From NCBI GenBank assembly GCA_048884965.1, contig JBHLQH010000060.1, positions 1 through 14,820 of the forward strand: DNA of 14,820 nt, read 5' to 3'. Under the pieces are notes generated by a model. That model made no database searches and had not been told where the DNA came from. It was given only the letters and a program-made list of their open reading frames with translations. A program made the translations under genes and the position numbers. Positions within the stretch are counted from its first letter, which is position 1. Every line of letters begins with the position of its first letter. This document shows positions 1-7,932 of this stretch, piece after piece. This DNA is from Candidatus Thorarchaeota archaeon (GTDB lineage: Archaea > Asgardarchaeota > Thorarchaeia > Thorarchaeales > Thorarchaeaceae).

Positions 1-948
1 AATGTATGTAGTCCAATCAATGGTTCCGTCCTCATCAAAGTCGTAGCCTACTTCCTTGTAGACCATATCCATTATTCCATTGGAATTAGAGTCATTGTAG
101 GCACTCATTCCCGAATAATAGTGGTTCATCCATTGTACTTGATCGGCAACTCGGGTCATCTCGGAGATATCATATCCAAATCCATAGTAAGACCATTCTT
201 CATCGTAAAGCCAAGACTCATTCATCCAAGATGCCCATTGATATTCTTCACCAAGGGTGGGGATGATATCATTCGGGTCTACCTCGACCATATCTTCATC
301 ATACCAAGTGAAGTTGGTCTCATAATAGTAGTCGGAGAAATAGTAGCTGAAATAGAATGAGGAATAGACAAAGACCTCATCACCAGTCATAGCCTCTACT
401 GGAGGATTCCAGAATAGAGACCACAGATCAAAGTATACTTCTTCGGTTTCATTAGTGGTCACGGTAGTTGTTGGTTCCGTCGTTGTGGATGGGTCTGTAG
501 AGTTAGTAGGGTCAGTAGGTTCAGGTCCAGAAGTAATATCACCGGGATATGTAGAATACCAATCTGGGGTAGTTGGATGATTGGCAAGCCACGCCATCAC
601 TGAGGCATCAGGATCAAGGATGATAACAATAAGAAGGTTCGAGAAGTCATATTCGTCATAGATATCATACTCGTTCTGTTCGTGGATCCAATATACATTC
701 CCACTGGCATCCTCAATATAGTGGTAGTAATCATAGGTCCCTCGATAATTGTAATATTGCCAGTCATCACTGGACTGATTCCACCACTCTGTAGCGACAT
801 ACACTCCTGTCATCATTTCTTCGAAAGGTTCGATTATCTGTGCGGGTGTCATGATGTTCACAGGACTTCCAGCGACGGTTTGTGTGCCTATCACAAGAAG
901 GCCAAGAAACACTATTGCAATCGCGTGCTTCAATTTCGGATCATTCAT
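1..948 (-). CDS. Large secreted/surface (S-layer-like) acidic protein, 5' part; runs off the left edge
   Basis: Absent from the ORF track because there is no stop in the window. Manual translation from ATG 948 is open for 316 codons: MNDPKLKHAIAIVFLGLLVIGTQTVAGSP... It shows a signal peptide, Tyr/Trp/Asp/Glu-rich composition, a Thr/Pro linker (GPEPTDPTNSTDPSTTTEPTTTVTTNET), N-x-S/T sequons and DSNSNGIMD / DFDEDGTID motifs. A GAGGA SD-like site lies upstream. Confidence 0.85.
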   Translation of the reverse strand, partial: MNDPKLKHAIAIVFLGLLVIGTQTVAGSPVNIMTPAQIIEPFEEMMTGVYVATEWWNQSSDDWQYYNYRGTYDYYHYIEDASGNVYWIHEQNEYDIYDEYDFSNLLIVIILDPDASVMAWLANHPTTPDWYSTYPGDITSGPEPTDPTNSTDPSTTTEPTTTVTTNETEEVYFDLWSLFWNPPVEAMTGDEVFVYSSFYFSYYFSDYYYETNFTWYDEDMVEVDPNDIIPTLGEEYQWASWMNESWLYDEEWSYYGFGYDISEMTRVADQVQWMNHYYSGMSAYNDSNSNGIMDMVYKEVGYDFDEDGTIDWTTYI

Positions 949-1033
949 GTTTTATTCCTCTCACGATTCTTCGTGTATCTTCTCTGTGCTAGCAAACAGT
1001 AATAGGTAGTATGTGTGAACGGTTCAAACAAGC

Positions 1034-1531
1034 TCATCGGGGCACACTCCGTAGTAATTTCACGGTCTTTGTTCGTCCTGATTCTTCTCGAGCGACAAGC
1101 TTCTTTCTTTCAAGACCTTTCAGTGTAACACTAAGGGTGGATTTACTGAGGCCAGTAGCTCGGCGTAACTCATCCTGTGTAAGAGAACCACCATTCTCTT
1201 CAAGCCGATTAATTACCCTCCGTTCAATATTGGTGAGGGTCACAACGATGATCTCTGGTTCTGGAATGGTCTGTTCTTGCACTTGCTGAGCTCCAATCAA
1301 TGATTCCAGATGGGATACTCGTTGTTGAAGTCTAAGCAGAACCAACACTGCGACATTCACAACGAGAACCAATGCTATGAACAAGGCGATAGTGGCAGCG
1401 AGAAAGATGGTTTCCCTACCTACAGGTAAGGCAAGCATCCAGATCCAAACTGCGACTGACAGCACCCCAACTGTGATAAGAACTAGAACGATATCAAGTC
1501 GTTTCCACGTGCTATCAGAGATGGAACTCAA
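1034..1531 (-). CDS. Membrane-anchored winged-helix (MarR-like, COG2512-like) transcriptional regulator
   Basis: Two N-terminal hydrophobic helices, a short coiled coil, then a wHTH: LTNIERRVINRLEENGGSLTQDELRRATGLSKSTLSVTLKGLERKKLVAREESGRTKTVKL. TTG start. Confidence 0.85.
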   Translation of the reverse strand: MSSISDSTWKRLDIVLVLITVGVLSVAVWIWMLALPVGRETIFLAATIALFIALVLVVNVAVLVLLRLQQRVSHLESLIGAQQVQEQTIPEPEIIVVTLTNIERRVINRLEENGGSLTQDELRRATGLSKSTLSVTLKGLERKKLVAREESGRTKTVKLLRSVPR

Positions 1532-1550
1532 TATTCAACACCTGACGAGA

Positions 1551-2057
1551 TTATTCAGAGGGAGGTGCGTTCCTACGCTGCCAATCACGTCTCAGAGCGT
1601 CAAGATGCCCATTATGATGATTAAGATGTGTAAACATGAATGAAATTACTCTTCGGACGGTCATACCTTGGAAGAAGGGAGGTATACCAGTACCCTCCAC
1701 AACACGATTCATGTCTTCATCGGTCGCAGATTCTAACCAATTGACAAATTCAAGCTCCGTAGAATCATAGTATTCCATGATGTCTGTCAGTGGGGTTCCA
1801 TCCCACGCGCCATCCGTTCCCGGAAGGTGATTTCTGAATAGGGAGTTGCTTGATGGCGGCCTCTTTAGGATTAATGCGTTGAGACTGAAATCATAGACTG
1901 CCCCTTGGTGTGCAAGAAGCCATCCGAGAGAGGACATACCAGATTCTGGACGATATGATAGATCAGTAAGTCCCTCCTGATTATTCCTGTCTAATGCACG
2001 GTCCCTCCAACTGCGTGCGGCTTGAACCATCTCACGAATTATCTCTAGCTCTTTCAT
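1551..2057 (-). CDS. DinB/YfiT-family four-helix-bundle metalloprotein
   Basis: SLGWLLAH motif near the N-terminus and C-terminal HLNHHNGHL, the His triad typical of DinB_2 proteins. Confidence 0.85.
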   Translation of the reverse strand: MKELEIIREMVQAARSWRDRALDRNNQEGLTDLSYRPESGMSSLGWLLAHQGAVYDFSLNALILKRPPSSNSLFRNHLPGTDGAWDGTPLTDIMEYYDSTELEFVNWLESATDEDMNRVVEGTGIPPFFQGMTVRRVISFMFTHLNHHNGHLDALRRDWQRRNAPPSE

Positions 2058-2191
2058 TGGCTTTGTTCATCCTTATCTTCTGATACTCTGTCTGATTATA
2101 AATCTGCATACATATCATGCAACAAAGAATAAAATGGAGTGTGCTTCATGCTACTTTGTAGCAAGCTTGAGATTGCGAGAGTAGAATATCT

Positions 2192-3214
2192 ATGTTGAAA
2201 GAGGTCTTTGTAATAGAGGATGGAATACTCCAATACCACTATAGCGAAGACCATAGGTCAGATGACAGTGATCAAGCAGTCCTATCTTCGGGACTCCTCT
2301 CAGCAATTCGAGACTTTAGTGCTCAGGCTCGCTCTGATGTACTGCAATCATTCGCCACTGAGAACGAGTATTTTCTGTTCACGGTATGTGACATATCCAA
2401 GAAAATCATAGTCGGAGTATTTGATAGAAAAGCACCACAACAAGTCGCACGAGAATCACTTGAGCGGATGAAGCGTATAATACAGGAAGCAGATCTGCCA
2501 GATCACACAGGAGAGGTGCTATCAAAAGAAAAGAAGCTTGACCTCAGAATAAAAATCGATAGAATAGCCACTCAGCTCTTTGGACGAGAGGGTTTAGTGA
2601 AGTACATCGAGGAGATTCTGGCGAAGAGAACAGACATCCCATTGGCATTTCTGGTAGATTCTAACGACAAATCAGTCTTAGCCCATTTTGCTAGACCACG
2701 ACCATTGTACAATGATAATCAAGTCAGGGAATTTTTATTGCTCCATTCCACAATTCAAACGACTTTGACAAAGCTTGGACTTGATGCGAACTATCTCTCA
2801 TTCACGGTAGAATCCTCAGACTACGCAGTGTCATCATGTAGAGGAGGGCGTCTTTTGAGCGTCGCAAGTGGTGCCATGCGAACACCAACAAGCAATGTGG
2901 AAGCAGCAGCATTTGAGATGTGCTATGAGAGTGACACTGTGAATCATTTAGATAAATCACAAGCAAGATCGGTTTCCAAGAATATCATTTTTGAGAATGG
3001 GATTATTAGAAATGAAACAGGTGACCAATTGCCATCTGTAGCTAGGATTTTTCTTTCAACGCTTATCAATAACATCGACTCCTTTTTCAGAGTGATCACC
3101 AAACGTAAATTCCTAAACTTCGAAGTGCGAGCAGGAAAAGAAGAGCAATCGATCCTTGTAATCAGACGAGATGCGAAAGATACTGGAATAGCGATTGATA
3201 TCTACAGATTTTGA
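2192..3214 (+). CDS. Multi-domain longin/roadblock-like protein (putative eukaryotic-signature protein)
   Basis: N-terminal pattern VFVIEDGILQYHY...LSSGLLSAIRDFS...IIVGVFD resembles Asgard longin domains. It is followed by a roadblock-like segment (LAFLVDSNDKSVLAHF...LSFTVESSDYAVSS...LLSVASG) and a third truncated alpha/beta unit. The fold is inferred by eye. Confidence 0.65.
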   Translation: MLKEVFVIEDGILQYHYSEDHRSDDSDQAVLSSGLLSAIRDFSAQARSDVLQSFATENEYFLFTVCDISKKIIVGVFDRKAPQQVARESLERMKRIIQEADLPDHTGEVLSKEKKLDLRIKIDRIATQLFGREGLVKYIEEILAKRTDIPLAFLVDSNDKSVLAHFARPRPLYNDNQVREFLLLHSTIQTTLTKLGLDANYLSFTVESSDYAVSSCRGGRLLSVASGAMRTPTSNVEAAAFEMCYESDTVNHLDKSQARSVSKNIIFENGIIRNETGDQLPSVARIFLSTLINNIDSFFRVITKRKFLNFEVRAGKEEQSILVIRRDAKDTGIAIDIYRF

Positions 3215-3288
3215 AGGTAGATAGTAAGGGCTTTTAGAGCGAAATAGCATTGACCTATAGACCGATTTGCGTTGGGAGAATAAGCTAT

Positions 3289-4014
3289 ATGACTGAACCA
3301 AGTCCAAAGGATTCCTCGAAGTTGGACGCTGTTTTCCTATACATGGGAATATTGGATGCGTACGAAGCTGTTGGAACTGAACTGATTGGTTCCAATGTCC
3401 TTGATGAACATGTTCTTCCAAGAATGGTCTACTATGTCAAGGAATTCCTTCCTGAGATATTCACAGGTCGAACGGACAATGTTGGGCTTACTGCGGAGCT
3501 TAAGACCTTCTTAGTAGACCTTAGTTCACGAGTGCATGGTGCTCAGAGTGGTGGTTCAGGAGAGCTCTTCACCATGGAGGAGATTTGGAAACTTCGCGCA
3601 GCTATCTTTGGGTATGAGAGTGTGTTCATAGATATCTTAGGAGATGCAGCGATCAAGGATTATGTCTTCATCAGAATGTCAGATATCTTAGCTTCATATC
3701 TTCCCAGTTCATTAGTTGACCCATCCATACCATTGCACGATAAGCTTCAGGCGTATGTGGAATATATCCGAACCCATGGATTTGTAGAATATGCAAGAGT
3801 TAGGATTGGTAAGAATGAGATTGTAGTTGCCACAAACAAATGTGAGTTTGCCAAGATCCACGATTCTGAGGCATATACAAATCTCAATGTGAGATTTTGT
3901 CCGTGGGGGATGATTGCATCTGCGATTATCGCAGGACATGAAGGCAGTGAAACCGTCCTAAAATCAAGTACTTTTACAACTAGAGGTAGTGTAAGCGAGA
4001 TAGAACCGAAATAA
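3289..4014 (+). CDS. V4R/Bet3(TRAPP)/MetOD1-like fold protein with a duplicated N-terminal helical module
   Basis: ATG 3289 with upstream GGGAG is preferred over TTG 3250. C-terminal GFVEYARV...IVVATNKCEFAKIH...FCPWGMIASAII...STFTTRGSVSEI fits the V4R-like strand/Cys/helix pattern. Internal repeat with an 84-aa offset. Confidence 0.6.
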   Translation: MTEPSPKDSSKLDAVFLYMGILDAYEAVGTELIGSNVLDEHVLPRMVYYVKEFLPEIFTGRTDNVGLTAELKTFLVDLSSRVHGAQSGGSGELFTMEEIWKLRAAIFGYESVFIDILGDAAIKDYVFIRMSDILASYLPSSLVDPSIPLHDKLQAYVEYIRTHGFVEYARVRIGKNEIVVATNKCEFAKIHDSEAYTNLNVRFCPWGMIASAIIAGHEGSETVLKSSTFTTRGSVSEIEPK

Positions 4015-4025
4015 ACGGAGGCAGT

Positions 4026-4466
4026 ATGATGCAACTTGTAATAGACCTGAATACAATTGCCATGATTGTTATGGCGATAGAAACAATACTTGTTATTGGC
4101 TTAATGGTTGGGTGGCTATACGGGGCTAGAAGGATGGACTTCAAAACTCATCATAGAGCTGTATACCCGATAGTCCTCATTCATTCTATCACAGTAGGAT
4201 TCTGGATGATTCCTATTGCTATTGCCAGATTGCCAATTATGCTAGCAAATCCGATGGCATTCTGGTACCAAATCGTTCATGATATGATAGGTTTTGCTGG
4301 CATAGCCTTGGGCATAATTCTAGCCTTGCTCTATGCCTTCAAACGCGACATGCCCCTGAAGCTCTTGAAGAAGACACGACCAATAATGTTCCTCACGATT
4401 GGAGTGTGGTCGGCTGCATTCATCCTAGGACTGTATTGGTTCCTTCTGGGGTACGTCTTGATATAG
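4026..4466 (+). CDS. Four-TM membrane protein, DUF420/cytochrome b561-like
   Basis: Four hydrophobic helices with His residues at or in the helices (KTHHRAV, LIHSIT, IVHDMIG). Starts 11 nt after the previous stop. Confidence 0.65.
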   Translation: MMQLVIDLNTIAMIVMAIETILVIGLMVGWLYGARRMDFKTHHRAVYPIVLIHSITVGFWMIPIAIARLPIMLANPMAFWYQIVHDMIGFAGIALGIILALLYAFKRDMPLKLLKKTRPIMFLTIGVWSAAFILGLYWFLLGYVLI

Positions 4467-4539
4467 ACGTGTTAGTACAGTGATTCCCTTTACGAAAACT
4501 GTATAATACCAGTATGGAGAGTCTGGATGGGCGATATTC

Positions 4540-4899
4540 TTGTCAACACCACATACTCTTGGACAACTATCTGAAAAGGAACTTCGAGACCTTCGCCGGC
4601 TTCAGGCAGTCAAGGAAGCCCTTGATGAATACAAGCGAAGAGGGATTGATGCTGACATCCAAGTATGTCCCAATTGTAAGAGCGCAAGATTGGTGGAGCT
4701 TACCTCATTCTCAGATCTTGGATATATCGGGTCTTTTCAACCGGCATACTACTGCCTTGATTGTGGTTGGTTTGGACGATTCAACATCTATATGACCAAT
4801 CGACCAGAGGATGACGCAATACTAGAAGACCTATCAGGAGCTTACCCAGAGCTTCTTGATGAGCCTTCCAATGAGCAGGATTCTATCCTTGACGAATAG
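4540..4899 (+). CDS. Small C4 zinc-ribbon protein
   Basis: VCPNCKS ... YYCLDCGWFG pair of CxxC motifs and an acidic C-terminus. TTG start uncertain. Confidence 0.75.
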   Translation: MSTPHTLGQLSEKELRDLRRLQAVKEALDEYKRRGIDADIQVCPNCKSARLVELTSFSDLGYIGSFQPAYYCLDCGWFGRFNIYMTNRPEDDAILEDLSGAYPELLDEPSNEQDSILDE

Positions 4900-4902
4900 C
4901 AT

Positions 4903-5199
4903 CTACTGGTCCGGTTCGACTCGTACAAGTTCCAACATTAGTGGATTGAAGGCATCCGGACAGGCATGTGTCGCTTTGCATTGATTCTCTAGCCAAGGAA
5001 AATTAGCGTTGTACATCATTGCATAAACCTTCGGTATGACAGAATACAATGCACTGATACAGAGATTGCCCTGGATTCCGTTCTCTGTGAACAAGATCGT
5101 GTCCCCAACCTTGTGACCAGCAGCACACGAACCTTCTTGTTTCGCCACTCTGCAAAGGATATGCCATGGCTCTTTTCGGATACAACTTGATTGTGTCAT
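4903..5199 (-). CDS. TIGR04076-family protein
   Basis: CAAGHKVGD...LCISAL...FPW...ACPDAFNPLMLEL matches the three-Cys signature of this family. Confidence 0.85.
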   Translation of the reverse strand: MTQSSCIRKEPWHILCRVAKQEGSCAAGHKVGDTILFTENGIQGNLCISALYSVIPKVYAMMYNANFPWLENQCKATHACPDAFNPLMLELVRVEPDQ

Positions 5200-5243
5200 A
5201 TCCTGAGTACAAGGTTGAACGTGCTGATAAGATGAATGGATAT

Positions 5244-6569
5244 CTAGCTAGTACCATCTTTGGGATCTGTTTCTGGCACTCCAGTATTTGAAGCAGGATT
5301 AGCTGCTGCTTCTGTGGGAATAGTTTCATCTTTGAAGCATGCATCTGTAGGACGGGTAGCAAAGTCTGCAGGTGTTTCTCCAGCTCGTTGAAGAGCTATC
5401 TGTGCAGAGATAGGTCCAAAAACTTGAAGGATCATTGTTGTTAGTGCAACGACATTCAAAATCAGGATACCGGCAGCTGTAGCCTCAGGGCTATTGAGTG
5501 CAAGGAAGCTTTGCTCAACTACAAGGGTTAGGCCAACCGCTACTCCAGCTTGAGACATGAGACACAGTCCAAGATATTTTGTCGTCAACTCAGGTGTGTT
5601 GGTCATCCTTGCTCCTGTATAGGCACCGAAATATTTTGCGAAACTTCTTCCAACGACATAGGCAATGGCGAGGAAGAGAACCGCAGGTAGGAGAAGAACC
5701 GAAAGATCAATTGACGCGCCAACAAAGACGAAGAATATCATAACTATTGGAGCCATGATCGTGGTCAAAGTGTGGTTAATAGGGTCCTTCTCAGGACGGA
5801 TCCAGTTGCCAACGACATACCCAAAGACCATACAGGTAAGAATCGCATTGATTTCAAAGAAGTTCATAATCCCTACGATGAGGATAATGGCGCCTAGCTC
5901 AAGTTCCAAGAGCCTGTTTCGATCCTTCTCTGCATTGATGAATTGGACCATACCAAATCCTGCAAGAGCTCCTACAATGACAGACAGAATGAGATCAAGT
6001 GCTGTGATAAGCAGCGCATCGAAAATGGTCAAAGTACTTGGGATAGTGTAGAAAATGACAGCGAGAGAGATTGAGATGTTTGCTAAGATGATAGCTACCA
6101 CATCATCCAAAGCAAGTACAAACATCAAAGTGTCCGTGAGAGGCCCTTTGCAATGACGCTCCCAGATCACCATAACAGTGGATGCAGGATCAGTTGCAGA
6201 GGCGACAGCACCAAAGACAATTGCCAGATGTGGCAGACCCGTAATCCAAAGGGCAAGAAGGGAAACGATAACAAATGTCAAGATTGATTCCAATATCAGA
6301 ATTGTTCCCATCTGTCGCTTTCGTCCACTGAAAACATCCTTTCTAATCTCAAGACCAATATTATAGCCTATCAACCCAAGCGCGAGATCAACGACTGGAA
6401 AAAGTGAATTTCGCATCTCGTCTGTGAATACTCCCGTAAGGGCTAGAAAAACGCCAGCTAACATGAATCCAAGTATCTGAGGAATCCCTACTCTTTTCAT
6501 GAGCGCAGCTCCACCAAATGATAGGACAAGCGCTGCGCCAATGATAAGAAGAGGGCCCACTTCGAACAT
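5244..6569 (-). CDS. Cation:proton antiporter (Na_H_Exchanger, CPA2/Kef-like membrane domain)
   Basis: About 12-13 TM helices with motifs IPQILGFMLAG, IGLE, SATDPA, ALDDVVA, FFVFVGA, GRSFAK and QAGVAVGL. No C-terminal KTN domain; it has a low-complexity tail instead. Confidence 0.92.
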   Translation of the reverse strand: MFEVGPLLIIGAALVLSFGGAALMKRVGIPQILGFMLAGVFLALTGVFTDEMRNSLFPVVDLALGLIGYNIGLEIRKDVFSGRKRQMGTILILESILTFVIVSLLALWITGLPHLAIVFGAVASATDPASTVMVIWERHCKGPLTDTLMFVLALDDVVAIILANISISLAVIFYTIPSTLTIFDALLITALDLILSVIVGALAGFGMVQFINAEKDRNRLLELELGAIILIVGIMNFFEINAILTCMVFGYVVGNWIRPEKDPINHTLTTIMAPIVMIFFVFVGASIDLSVLLLPAVLFLAIAYVVGRSFAKYFGAYTGARMTNTPELTTKYLGLCLMSQAGVAVGLTLVVEQSFLALNSPEATAAGILILNVVALTTMILQVFGPISAQIALQRAGETPADFATRPTDACFKDETIPTEAAANPASNTGVPETDPKDGTS

Positions 6570-6587
6570 GTTTCTAGATTCACCAAG

Positions 6588-6613
6588 TTTGTATAGACGA
6601 CAAACTATACAAA
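6588..6613. promoter_or_regulatory. Perfect 9-bp inverted repeat upstream of the antiporter (operator or leader hairpin)
   Basis: TTTGTATAG-N8-CTATACAAA, lying between a TATATATA box (6641-6648) and the GGTGA SD-like site (6580-6584, minus strand). Confidence 0.55.
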
Positions 6614-6660
6614 TTGCATAGTGCCTTTTGAAGATGTTGCTATATATACTATTCAGACAT

Positions 6661-7359
6661 TCATTTTGGGATTTTATCTATCACCTTTTGTGAAGCGTAG
6701 TAGACACACATATCCCTGAGAAAACAAATCTCACATCTTGGATTACGCGCTAGACATATCTCTCGACCGTGTTTGATGAGATTGTGATTCATGGAGTATA
6801 TACAATCTCGAGGTAGTGTTTCTTCCAGAATTGGTTGCGCTGCTTCTCGACTGACTTTGTCGGGTACAAGACCAAGTCGCTTTGCCAAGCGCCAGACATG
6901 AGTGTCAACGGGTAGAGTCGCCTTGCCAAAGCAGAACAGAAGGACAATAGCAGCTGTCTTAGGACCTACACCATGGAGGGATATCAACCATTCTGTTGCT
7001 TCCCTTACAGGCATACTCTCTAAGTGAGAGAGATCGAGTTTGCCAACACGTTCATTGATTTCTGCAAGTGTTGCTTTGATACGCTTTGCTTTGACACGAA
7101 AGAACCCAGAGGACTTTATTGCCTCCCCCAACTCTTCTTCAGGCGCTGCAAGAACATCAATCCAAGATGGATATCGCTCCTTCAGGCCCTCGTATGCACG
7201 AAACATATTCACATCATTTGTATTCTGACTCAGGATAGTAAGCACCAGTTCATCAATTGGATCCATGCTTCTCTCTACAATTGTATCTCCATAATTGTCA
7301 ATCAATATCTTGCATATGGATGCAGCCTTCTTCTTGATGTCCGTCAAATTGTTCACCAT
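6661..7359 (-). CDS. nth: Endonuclease III-like HhH-GPD DNA glycosylase with [4Fe-4S] cluster
   Basis: ILSQNTND, LHGVGPKTA (HhH with catalytic Lys), PVDTHVWR and C-x6-C-x2-C-x5-C (CLARNPRCEICFLRDMC). ATG 7359 is preferred over TTG 7377. Confidence 0.92.
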   Translation of the reverse strand: MVNNLTDIKKKAASICKILIDNYGDTIVERSMDPIDELVLTILSQNTNDVNMFRAYEGLKERYPSWIDVLAAPEEELGEAIKSSGFFRVKAKRIKATLAEINERVGKLDLSHLESMPVREATEWLISLHGVGPKTAAIVLLFCFGKATLPVDTHVWRLAKRLGLVPDKVSREAAQPILEETLPRDCIYSMNHNLIKHGREICLARNPRCEICFLRDMCVYYASQKVIDKIPK

Positions 7360-7445
7360 GGTATCGAGTACGAGCAAACGACTAATCCAATACGCTTTAG
7401 TTCTTCTATGTGATATATTTGGAAAGCTATAGGACGGTAAGGACA

Positions 7446-7859
7446 GTGAAAGTAATCGTCATATTCGAATCAACTCGCGGTCGCACAAAGGCCATGGCAG
7501 AGGCAATCTGTGAAGGTGTCACATCGAAGGGCAAGATCTGCGAGGTGCGTGATGCAAAGGATGTGGATAGTGTTGGTGATGCTTGTGCATTGGCTGTTGG
7601 CAGTTCCACTAGGATGAAGAGACCTCTACCAAAGGTAAAGCAACTTCTCTCTGAAATGAGCCCACTTGAGGGTGTGCCAACTGCAGCTTTTGGTTCCTTT
7701 GGCTGGAGCGGAGAAGCTCCTGATGAGATAGCTAAGATGTTGGAAGAGAAGGGCGGTAGACTAGTCGCTGCGCCTTTAAAAGTCAAAGACTATCCAAGTG
7801 CAGATCAGCTCGAGGCATGTAAGGACCTCGGTGTGAATCTCGCAACATCGTGTGATTAA
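7446..7859 (+). CDS. Flavodoxin-domain protein (resembles the FprA C-terminal domain)
   Basis: ESTRGRTKAMAEAI FMN phosphate loop, VGSST, AAFGSFGWSGEA. GTG 7446 is the likely start. Confidence 0.9.
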   Translation: MKVIVIFESTRGRTKAMAEAICEGVTSKGKICEVRDAKDVDSVGDACALAVGSSTRMKRPLPKVKQLLSEMSPLEGVPTAAFGSFGWSGEAPDEIAKMLEEKGGRLVAAPLKVKDYPSADQLEACKDLGVNLATSCD

Positions 7860-7932
7860 TATCCCAGAATAAAGGTGAGTCGAAACGTAATTCTTATCAA
7901 AAGGATACTATCACCAAGGCGGGGGCCAGTTC

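Noticed and set aside
121-1002. ORF-track entries 121-360, 597-800 and 682-1002
   Set aside because: They are shadows of the long minus-strand surface-protein frame.
2149-2163. TGCTAC-TTT-GTAGCA dyad upstream of the longin gene
   Set aside because: A single 6-bp dyad is expected by chance; unsupported without conservation data.
4476-4515. Partial resemblance (AACTGTATAATAC) to the TACANNTGTA operator array
   Set aside because: Only half-sites are present, with no complete box or 16-bp phasing.
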